44,934 bases of DNA from Nemertoderma westbladi. Lineage: Eukaryota > Animalia > Xenacoelomorpha. How positions within the stretch are numbered: the stretch's first letter is position 1; every line of letters begins with the position of its first letter. A model generated the notes under the pieces. It worked only from the letters and a program-made list of their open reading frames with translations. It had not been told where the DNA came from and did no database searches. Both the position numbers and the translations under genes were made by a program. This document shows positions 35,731 to 44,934 of the stretch, piece by piece. The DNA lies in assembly GCA_032718475.1 (NCBI GenBank), contig JAUCBJ010003425.1:1-44934 (forward strand). Reading direction: 5' to 3'.

Positions 35731-36320
35731 TGTGACGGGATCAAGGGATCCCGACCGGGTTGATTGTTCGTACTACGCGTCACCGCAGGCTGAGATGTTT
35801 GGCCGAGGCCGTTAGAGAAATTTGGGTTGAATTGGTGTTGTTGTCCGACGGTCTGATATAATAAAATTGAGTAACCGGTAGTGAAGTACAGATAATAATA
35901 TAGTAGATAATGGCGACGGTGACGGTGGAACAATATCGCCCATCTGCACTGAAAGCAATAACTGAATGACTGAACCGGTAAATGGTATGCAACTTAATAT
36001 ATATGTGATTGTTACTCCTATACTACTGTGGCCTCTTAACCTAGTTGATGCTTCCCTCGCCCCTATTGGCTAATAATCTACTTCACGCCTCTCCCCTCTC
36101 TGGGAGTGTTTCCCCTGCTGTTGGCCCCTGCTGGTTGTTTCCTCTCCCGAGGTGGTTTGACCTCTAACCTCCCTTTGTGTGGCTTTGGGGTTTTGTTGTC
36201 CCCGGTGTTGGGTTGTGATACTAGATTGGTTATTATCAATCTCGTATCTCCAACATATTGCTGAAAAAGGTGCCACTTCCCATTTATGAGGGTAATGAGG
36301 CGGAATTGAATCCGCTCACA
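35731..36320 (-). repeat. A2 3' LTR (590 bp)
   Basis: TGTGA...TCACA; near-identical to 42982-43562 apart from a 9-bp indel and a few substitutions. Confidence 0.97.
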
Positions 36321-37319
36321 CTCCCCCCCATGCTATCTTCCCGGTGAGAAGATAGCATCACCTACAAGTGCGCTTCAATTCCGCTGGAACCCGATCTACT
36401 ATCGGGTGTGGGGTGGAGTTCTCTTCTTGGAGTCGGCTTTCCAGGCCGCTCCCTCTGGGTATGATATTACTACCCCTTCTTGGTGCAACCGCAACCTATG
36501 TTGCACCAAGACATCTGGCGTCTCTGTTTGAGACAATTGTGGAATCCTCACACAATTTTAAAAACTCTCTCACTCTAAACTCTAACTTCTCACTCTACTC
36601 CACTTCGGCTCCACTCTAACTCCACTCTACTCTCTCTGCTCGCTCCCCCACTTGAATTGCACTCCTCTCATTCTCTCACCGCCAACACCTCCTCTCCATA
36701 CTTCTCTGTGCTCCTCTCATACCTCCCAAAGTGTCAATTTCTTATGCTACCTCTCTCTGTGCTATCATTCTACCTACCTTGCTACTTACTTCTTACTTAC
36801 TACTTACTATGTAACTCTACTTACTCTTACTTACTACTTATTATCTCTACTAACTCTCTAACCCTACTAACTCTCTAACTCTACTAACTCTCTAACTCTC
36901 TACTACGTGGCCTTTCGGTGCCCACAACCCCTCTACTCTCTATCTACGTGGCGCTTTCGGTGCCCACAACCCCTCTACTTACTACTTTCTACGTGGCGCT
37001 TTCGGTGCCCACAACCCCTCTGCTACTACTCGTGGTATGTCAATATACCACACTCCCTTACTGCCTACTTCTAACCTAACGGTACTACGTACCCTCCTAC
37101 TCCCGTGGTATGTTTATATACCACACTCCCTAATTCTGCCTACTTCTATACTCTAACCTCTTACTTCTACTACTTACTAACTTCTATTCTAACTTTCTAA
37201 CTTACTTATCTAACTTTCTAACTTTCTACTCTACTAACTTCTACTTGCTATAACTTTCTACTTTATCTAACTTTCTACTACTATTCTTACTAACTTTATT
37301 ATTTTATTATTTTTTTTAT

Positions 37320-39011
37320 TTAATTATTTGTGTGGGAAGGGCGTCTCGCCCTCATTCCCACCCCCCTCAGTCCAACATTTGGACGACTAAACTCTAAGGT
37401 GCCCCTTCTATTAGGCAGCACTTTCCTACAGCCCTCCTGTAGGTCTTCCTCTCCTTTACTCCCATCTTGCCTCCTATTCTCACCCCCACCGACCGGACTC
37501 TTCCGTCCTCGTCGGGGTATGTATCTACCACTCTCGCTAGCCTCCTCCACCACCCTAAAATCGGGTCTCTCCGCCGCCTTCTTGACTTCCTGATCTCCTG
37601 GCAGCAAAATGCCACCCCCCACCTTGTCGTCTCCTGGCGGCAGAATGAAAAGAAACTGAAAGAACAGACAAAACAGAACGGACAATAGTAATCCTATCCC
37701 TTTCCATCCTGTCTTCTTACTCGACCTCCCCCTTTTCGGTATGCCTCTCAACCGGACCGGCGTCTCTCTCCGGACACTCCTCCGGACACTCCTCCGGACA
37801 CTCCGTTGTCCTCCGGACATCTCGGCCGTCCACTCCTCTCCATCCCCATACCGATACTTGCTGGGAACATCCTTGTTCCATCCCATTGTCTCTAAGTCTT
37901 CCGCGTCGAATCCATTCTCCTCCACCCACTCTCTTGCTGTTACTTCCCCTTCTAGCTTATCTACCGTCTCTGGTTTCTTCTTTACGTCCTTAACGGTGCC
38001 TGGTAGCATGCACCCTGATGTCTCCGACACCCTGTGTGGAATCTTGGTTTTAATTGGGCCGCTAAGCGTCCATCCGAACGGCGTGAGAATCGCCGTCGGA
38101 TCCCGCTGTCTGTCTTCCCCGAAGATCGTCTGTACTCTTTCGTGGGCCGTCGGGCAGTCCATACCCACTATGATGGATACCTTCGAGACGTCCACCTCCG
38201 GTATTGAGAAATCGATATCGTCCAGGAACCGGTACTGCTCGACCTCGATGTTAGTTGGTCTCCTGGCATTTATATTGATCGATTCTATGATCTGAATGGG
38301 GTCGATGGTCGCCCCATAGTCACATCCCGGTGCTATTGCTGATATCTCGCACCGTCCCGTCCTCATCTCCAGGACCTCATCCTTACTCGAGATAGTAGTT
38401 ACCGCCATCCTACTCGGCCTCGTTTGTAACCCTATCTCCTCGGCCACCCAATTCTCCACCAGCGTGAAGGCTGCTCCGCTGTCGACCAGCATCAATGTTG
38501 TGACTGATCGGCCGCCCCTTCCTGTTATCTTCACTGGTACTACCCCGAGTAGTACTTTCCTCTTTCTTCTTGCTCCTGTCGTGCTCGTAGCCATTGTTTG
38601 GCCTCCAGTCTCATCGTCTCCTATTGGTGTTTCTCTACACTCTCCGGATCTGTGTCCTTCTACCACGCATCGATGACATAGTCCGTTTGCGTCCGCGTAG
38701 GCTACACGATCTTGTTTAGGCAACGCTTGCCAATGCTTACAACTCATGGTCTTATGGGTTCCATCCCTATGCAATTGACATTCGAATCCTGGATTGTAGC
38801 GTTCCCTGTATAGTCCTTCACGTATCGCGCGTAGGTTTATATCTACCGATTTAGTGTTTTGGTTATCTGGACTCGGCCTACTGGGTGTGTTGGGATTATG
38901 TTTATTTGTGGTGTTATTTTCTTTCTGCCCCTGCCACGGTGTGGCCCTACTCCCAGCTAACTGTGGGCTTGTAGCCCCCTGTGTGGCTGCGTGTGGTAGC
39001 GACTGTCTCAC
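37320..39011 (-). CDS. BEL/Pao gag Zn knuckles + aspartic protease running into an integrase C-terminal remnant
   Basis: CQLHRDGTHKTMSC, CHRCVVEGHRSGEC, LVDSGAAFTLV, IIVGMD, LTPFGWTLSGP. Overlapping frame 37394-37615 gives LARVVDTYPDEDGRVRSV (DUF5641-like). Confidence 0.85.
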   Translation of the reverse strand: MRQSLPHAATQGATSPQLAGSRATPWQGQKENNTTNKHNPNTPSRPSPDNQNTKSVDINLRAIREGLYRERYNPGFECQLHRDGTHKTMSCKHWQALPKQDRVAYADANGLCHRCVVEGHRSGECRETPIGDDETGGQTMATSTTGARRKRKVLLGVVPVKITGRGGRSVTTLMLVDSGAAFTLVENWVAEEIGLQTRPSRMAVTTISSKDEVLEMRTGRCEISAIAPGCDYGATIDPIQIIESININARRPTNIEVEQYRFLDDIDFSIPEVDVSKVSIIVGMDCPTAHERVQTIFGEDRQRDPTAILTPFGWTLSGPIKTKIPHRVSETSGCMLPGTVKDVKKKPETVDKLEGEVTAREWVEENGFDAEDLETMGWNKDVPSKYRYGDGEEWTAEMSGGQRSVRRSVRRSVRRETPVRLRGIPKRGRSSKKTGWKGIGLLLSVLFCLFFQFLFILPPGDDKVGGGILLPGDQEVKKAAERPDFRVVEEASESGRYIPRRGRKSPVGGGENRRQDGSKGEEDLQEGCRKVLPNRRGTLEFSRPNVGLRGVGMRARRPSHTNN

Positions 39012-39973
39012 TCTCGGAAATGGATCTGCGGATTATGTTCGGGTTTAGGCCTGTTGTATTCGGTCTTCGGCGCCTTCCCCAAACTATCCTCACTATAGAC
39101 TGGGTCTGTAATCAACTCTGCTTCGTAGTTGAGGAAGTTTGACATTTCCTCTAAGCCCGGTTCCGCACCTTTCTTCTCCCGAGTGGAGAAGGCGATCTTC
39201 CTCCACTTGCTCCGTAGCCAGATCGGCAGTGCCTGCGCTATCGTGGTGATGTTATTAGATGCGTTGAGTTCGTATGACGCGTCTAATATCTTCAGCATGA
39301 TTAACGTCTTCTCAACCTTATTTGCAAAGGTCTTTATTCTAGCAGGGTTATCCTGTAGGCCACCCGATGTTATCCCCCTTAAGGTCTGCCGGATGATCTT
39401 GGCTGGGTGCCCGTATTCCCTGTCTAGGGCCCACCATGCAGTCATGAAGCCACCCTCGATGCCCTGATACTGCCTCATGATGTCGTACGCTGGGCCTCCT
39501 GTGTATACCTGTAGATATTTTAGGCACTGCGCCTGCGTCAGGTTCTTAGTTAATATCTTGTTGCTGTACATGCGCAGGAATTGCAGGTATTCTTCCGGCC
39601 TGCTTCCGTCGAATTTAAATGGCTCTACAGGTGGTAGCTCGATCCTGGTCTTCAGCGCATCGATAAGTGTCGCCATTCCCATTGCCTGCGCTTCCAATGG
39701 GTTTGAAGGATGCTGTACAGATTCTCCTGTTGGGTGCGGTCCGCCCGTCGGGCCTGTTGATTTTTTCTGCCTCGGATATACCATCGAGGGTAACGGCCCC
39801 CTCCATATTTCCGTGTCACACGACCTGTTCTCGTCCAAGGGGTTCGATGTTCTTATTCCTGTTTGAGTGTATTGTTGATATTGTAATGGGGGAATGTCAC
39901 CCTGCCCCCCCCCCCCCCCCCCACCGGTATGTTTGGTACTGGGGTCGATGTTAATATATTGGGGCCTATACAC
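39008..39973 (-). CDS. BEL/Pao gag capsid-region ORF (DUF1759-like)
   Basis: LPPVEPFKFDGS..EYLQF, LKYLQVYTGGPA, AWWALDREYGHP, LPIWLRSKW, DPVYS. Confidence 0.88.
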   Translation of the reverse strand: MYRPQYINIDPSTKHTGGGGGGGQGDIPPLQYQQYTQTGIRTSNPLDENRSCDTEIWRGPLPSMVYPRQKKSTGPTGGPHPTGESVQHPSNPLEAQAMGMATLIDALKTRIELPPVEPFKFDGSRPEEYLQFLRMYSNKILTKNLTQAQCLKYLQVYTGGPAYDIMRQYQGIEGGFMTAWWALDREYGHPAKIIRQTLRGITSGGLQDNPARIKTFANKVEKTLIMLKILDASYELNASNNITTIAQALPIWLRSKWRKIAFSTREKKGAEPGLEEMSNFLNYEAELITDPVYSEDSLGKAPKTEYNRPKPEHNPQIHFRE

Positions 39974-42930
39974 CTATCTGCAATAACTCTCCCCTCCCTT
40001 GGATATATGTTATGTCCCTGCATATTATAGTCATGCTGCTGTGCTGGTACCGATATAGGCCTATCCACTTCTTGCCTACCTACCGGTATATACTCCGCGA
40101 CTTCCGGATCTAATCCCGTTGTTCGCGCTACCCTATCGCCTACACTATCTCTCCCAGCATGGCCTATAGTATGTGCAGTAAGGCCTACAGTATGTCCTGC
40201 AGTCTGCATGTGCCCTTCTGGACCGAAGTTTAACCTTCTCGAATAATTCAAGAAGTCCTCCCCACGACTACCGTACTCTCGATCGGCAGCTATATCCCGT
40301 TGGGAAGTTTCTCTTCGATCCCCTCTTCTGTTCTCTTCCTCGTATCGGTACGTTCTGTACCCTTCTTCTGGTGTGCGGTGCGTCTCTCCGGGGCGACGGC
40401 AATCTCCCGGAGTTCGACCCCACTGACTCCCTAACTCCATCTCTACTACCGACGGCTCGCTATCTGTCCTCGCTCTCCGGTCGCTCGTAGCGACGCTTCT
40501 TCGATTCTCTTCTCTTCTTCTCTCTTCAGTGTAGCGTCCCCGCTCATGAGATCTCTCGTCGACCTCCCGGTTAAACTCCACTGTTCTCTCTTCCGACTGA
40601 CGTCTTCTCGCTCGCCCGCTCTCGGCGTCAACATCTCTCTCTCTCTGTCAGGTTGGACGCTCCTGGGGATACTCGCAACCCCCCTACTATTCTCCATCGT
40701 TGGGTGCCACGGTTCACCTAACTCGCCCCACACATTATCCGCCGACGCCTGTGGGACATTCTCTGCCCCCCCCCCTCTCGCCACTAATCTCTCGTGGTGG
40801 GGCACCCGTAGCCCCCCCCCCCCCACCCGCTGCTTCTTACTTCACTACCTCTCACTTCGCTTCTACGCCCCTCTTGTGGGGCATTCTCTGCCCCCACTCT
40901 CTCACCACTAATATCCCGTGGTGGGGCGCCCGTAGCCCCCCCCCCCCACTCGCCACTTCTTACTACACTACCACTTACTTAGCTTCTACGCCCCTCTTGT
41001 GGGGAATTCTCTGCCCCCCCTCTCTCGCCACTAATCTTCCGTGGTGGGGCGCCCGTAGCCCCCCCCCCCCACTCGCCACTTCTTACTTCGCTACCTCTTA
41101 CTTCGCTTCTACACCCCTCTCTAGTCGACGCACTGTCCCTACTGCAGCTGGGTCTGTTCACCCCCGCCTCTCCCTGTGCAACTGCGTGGCCTGGCAGGCT
41201 CCCGTCGGGTTGACTCACCCCCGCTGCTCCCTGCCTAACTATGTGGCCTTGCAGGCTCCCGTCGGGGTCTCTCACCCCCGCTAATCCCTGCGTACTAACT
41301 ACGTGGCCTTGCAGGCTCTCGCTGGTCGGACCACCTACGTCTGCTGCATTCATATTAATAGCACCATTACCAAAATTATTATTTTCTAAATTATTTCGTA
41401 TATTTAGATTGGAATCGGTAATATTTTGCTCGTTTGAATTGAAATTATTATTTGGATTATTCTGCGTATTTAAATTTAAATTATTTGAATTATTTTCTAT
41501 ATTTAAATTAGGGTTATTATTTTGAATATTTATGTTAGAATTATTTGGATTTAAATTATTATTACCGGGCAAAATATTATTTCCTGCAATGAAAGTTTGA
41601 TTAGGGTTGTCTACTACGGTACTATTAATATTAATGCCTTCTAACGTATTATTATTACCTCTGGCTCCTCGTAAATACTACCCTCGCCAGCCTCACTCTC
41701 GGATAGCCCCAACTGCGCCAGTTCTAATTGGCGCTTTTGCTTGGCCTGATATTGCATAAGCCCCCTTAACCGGGCATGCATATCATTCCGCATACGCTTT
41801 CCCGCTCACTCTCTCTCTCTATCCTCTCACAAACTTTGGTTTGCTAATTCTATCTCTCTCACCTCTCACTCGTTACGCTCATTCGTTTCTCTCTCTACCC
41901 TCGCTGCCTCTCTCTCCCTGCGCTCGTTCTCTACTTTCGCCTCCCGCTCCTCGCGCTCTTTACGCTCACTCATCTCTCTTTCTTCCCGCTCCCTACAGTT
42001 TTTCGCCACCCTCTCGGCTCTTTCTCTACATTCCCTCGCCAACTCTCTCTCTTTCTCTAACAACGCAGTTCCCTCGTACAACTGCCTCTCTAATTCTTTC
42101 TGGTATAGTGCCACCATGTCTAATTGACACGCCAGATCTATCTCCAACACCCTTCTTGCTTTCGCGGAGGATGTAGCGGACTTATCGGTCGCGACGGACT
42201 CCCGTCGCCTCTCTGCCCTACTAACTTTCCCCCGCTTTCTGGGGTTCTCGCTAACCGACGAGAACAAATCCTCAGGGTTAACCTCGGGTTCGCCCTCGTG
42301 CGGATCCGCCCAACCCACTAACTTAATTCCCCTAGCATCCACTAAGTAAGGCCCTACGTACACTACTTGAGGCTCCATAGTCCCGGATCGCCACAGCTCG
42401 AATAGTTTGGTGGCGACCCCCCTCGCTCTCTCACTCGCCAGTTCTCCCTGCCCGAAACGAACTAGATACCGGAAGTGTTTATTCGACTCACCTAGCCGCT
42501 GGCTCAACTTCCCCTGGTTTACCTTCTCTCCCTCTTTGGCCTCCCTCAACAGTTTCTTGGTGGCATTGTAGGCCCGTCAAAGCCGATCGCTGGTCCCGAC
42601 GTCCTCTTCACCGACATCTCCTCCTCCTCTCCTGGTTTGGCGTCGTACCGGCGGCCCCACCGTTGCCGTTCTGGTGGGCTGTCCGTCGCCCTCGGCCTGT
42701 GGCTGGCCGCCGACTTCGGTACTCCGACCGCCGTCGTGCGTCGATTCGTCCATTCCTCGTGGTAGACGGCCGCCCTCCGCTTGGGTTGCCGGATTGTCCC
42801 TGGTTGGCGAATCCGGCTTTGCAGGTCGATACCATCGCATCGCGGCCTCGCGGATCGTTTGGTTGGTATCGTCCGGGGTCCGCGGCGGTGTCCTCTCTCC
42901 CTCTGACAATCGGGGCTCTCCTGTGCTCAT
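39853..42930 (-). pseudogene. Long N-terminal gag extension of A2, broken into several frames
   Basis: Consecutive minus-strand ORFs 42577-42930, 41866-42549, 40979-41572, 40446-40826 and 39853-40581; several breaks fall at poly-C tracts. Confidence 0.65.
40750..41335. repeat. ~124-bp x3 and 60-bp x3 tandem repeats within A2
   Basis: TCTGCCCC...GTGGTGGGGC..GTAGCCCC at ~40763, 40887 and 41011; GTGGCCT.GCAGGCTC every 60 nt (also at 7608-7745 in A1). Confidence 0.9.
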
Positions 42931-42981
42931 CTCGTTGTTGTCTGGCAGTCACAGTTTGTAGTGGTTGGGTAATTGTTCCAC

Positions 42982-43562
42982 TGTGACGGGATCAAGGGAT
43001 CCCGACCGGGTTGATTGTTCGTACTACGCGTCACCGCAGGCTGAGATGTTTGGCCGAGGCCGTTAGAGAAAATTGGGTTGAATTGGTGTTGTTGTCCGAC
43101 GGTCTGATATAATAAAATTGAGTAACCGGTAGTGAAGTACAGATAATAATATAGTAGATAATGGCGACGGTGATGGTGGAACAATATCGCCCATAAGCAA
43201 TAACTGAATGACTGAACCGGTAAATGGTATGCAACTTAATATATATGTGATTGTTACTCCTATACTACTGTGGCCTCTTAACCTAGTTGATGCTACCCTC
43301 GCCCCTATTGGCTAATAATCTACTTCACGCCTATCCCCTCTCTGGGAGTGTTTTCCCTGCTGTTGGCCCCTGCTGGTTGTTTCCTCTCCCGAGGTGGTTT
43401 GACCTCTAACCTCCCTTTGTGTGGCTTTGGGGTTTTGTTGTCCCCGGTGTTGGGTTGTGATACTAGATTGGTTATTATCAATCTCGTATCTCCAACATAT
43501 TGCTGAAAAAGGTGCCACTTCCCATTTATGAGGGTAATGAGGCGGAATTGAATCCGCTCGCA
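42982..43562 (-). repeat. A2 5' LTR (581 bp)
   Basis: Matches 35731-36320. Confidence 0.97.
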
Positions 43563-44934
43563 TTATCCAACTAGTTTCTCCAAAGAAGGCTACTTACTAC
43601 TGATGAAGTGGATCAGCATGCAATCTTAACTTTCCTGGGTGACTTTAACGCAAGTCTACATCACTCATTTAAATACCCTTGGTGTATAGCAATTGTGTTA
43701 ACCGAAATTTCATCCACCTTCAGGATTTCATCTCGGGAAATTAATTATATTGGTTCGTTTTTGGCAGGACCCTGTTCAAGAACCACAATTATAATGCTGT
43801 GGTCTCATACAGGTCCCAGTTTTGATAAATCACAGAAAGGCCGCATTGAATTTACTCTTAACTCCTTCACAAGTTATCATCGTCTTATTGTAGCCAAGTA
43901 AGGCTTTGCCTCCGCATTAGCTGAATTAATAAGTATGACTTGCCACGGCATGTCCTTTCATGTTGCAACATTTCATGAGATCCAGCTTCACACTACAGCT
44001 AATTAACAGTGAGACCCTCGCCTCTGAGTCAGCAGATCACTACGAGGGCTATACCCAGCCTTCACAGACACAGAAGCACTTAAGTTAGCAGCTGCAGAAA
44101 CAGTCAATAAATAGGGTGTAAACTCGAAACTAAAAAGGCACCATGAATTGCCTAAAGAATTTGCCAGTGCCGAGAGATAGATAGATAGATTTATACATTA
44201 TGTAAAAACAATAACAAATACACCAAACAATGTACCGGTATAAAGGTATTGTCCAACATAACATATAGGATTACCCCTAAAGCTTTGCAGCTTATTTCCA
44301 AGGGGGCCTTTATGTTACTTGGTTGCAAATACAATATTACACTACGCTAACCTAAAACCAATATAAAACGTAATTACACTATGTACATGTACAACTTTAC
44401 CGAGAGCGTGACAATGTCCGACTTAACGATAAAGATGTAATGTACAGAACAATTTATTATAAAACGTAATTACAGTATAAATAGTAAATAATTAATAAAC
44501 TAATAACTTACTGTAGGACTATTGTACCTATTTTTACATTGCACACGGAGGTGAGATTTAACTGCAGATTTAAAATAATGATGATTATCTAGGTTTTTAA
44601 TTTCATTAGGCAACTTACTGGAGAGAACCCCAGTAAGGTCAAAGATTCAGATCATCTGAGTGCATCTAGGTCTCAATTATAAAGAACAGTTATCTGATAG
44701 TCTGTAACAGGTTGACGCAATCAATGACAGAGATGAAGCAATATTTCCAGGCATGGAAATTCTCAACTTGCTGACTGAGAGGAAAAGCCAGCCAACCAGT
44801 AATGTTAAGGTTTAGGATAAGGTTAATTGTCTTTGACAAGTTCCGAAAAAATGCAGGGTAGTTATTGCCTGACAACTTTGTGACTCAAATGTTGTCTGGT
44901 TAGTCCATACTCCCAGATATCCATTGGTGATATG
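43563..44934 (+). mobile_element. Degenerate RTE-type LINE (APE endonuclease region), split by A2; left part at ~35660-35730
   Basis: Removing A2 restores FPKVVLIVCYYPTS, then HAILTFLGDFNAS, LWSHTGP..KSQ and YHRLIVAK/VRLCLR; LNLLTERKSQP follows later. Confidence 0.7.
44173..44330 (-). mobile_element. Probable LINE 3' tail with (TCTA)n end, inserted in the RTE relic
   Basis: (GATA)4 next to the stem-loop-like GGCCCCCTTGGAAATAAGCTGCAAAGCTTTAGGGG on minus. Confidence 0.4.

Larger units (their letters stand above)
35731..43562 (-). mobile_element. Non-autonomous BEL/Pao LTR element A2 (gag + protease + integrase tail only), 7.8 kb
   Basis: LTRs 35731-36320 and 42982-43562, TSD TTATC (35726-35730, 43563-43567), PPT GGGGGGGAG at 36321-36329; no RT, RNase H or integrase core. 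Confidence 0.95.

Noticed and set aside
39905-41050. Programmed frameshifting at poly-G tracts in A2
   Set aside because: Long homopolymers are prone to slippage and sequencing error, and similar tracts occur in non-coding parts of the window.

Overview
AT-rich animal (probably marine invertebrate) genomic DNA made almost entirely of transposable elements and their debris; I see no intact host gene. Left to right: the end of an IS3EU-like DDE transposon (1-2325), a Merlin-like transposase relic, and a ~3.9 kb block (3517-7382) duplicated at 25141-29114. Between the two copies lies a truncated BEL/Pao-type LTR element (A1, 7529-25140). Its LTR is split by a complete but disabled 15 kb BEL/Pao element (B, 9868-24878; 1129-bp LTRs, CTTTT target-site duplication, extra ORF after pol). 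Next come a MITE, a PR/SET + C2H2 (PRDM-like) pseudogene, a 15-bp minisatellite, and a complete non-autonomous gag-protease-only BEL/Pao element (A2, 35731-43562, TTATC TSD) inserted in an old RTE-type LINE. Main finding: in all three BEL/Pao elements, the 9-12 nt directly after the 5' LTR (the primer-binding-site position) are perfectly complementary to a motif inside the element's own LTR. The two sites change together between A1 and A2. This suggests tRNA-independent self-priming of reverse transcription, established for Tf1/sushi Ty3/gypsy elements but not, to my knowledge, for BEL/Pao. All family calls come from motif recognition by eye, not database searches.
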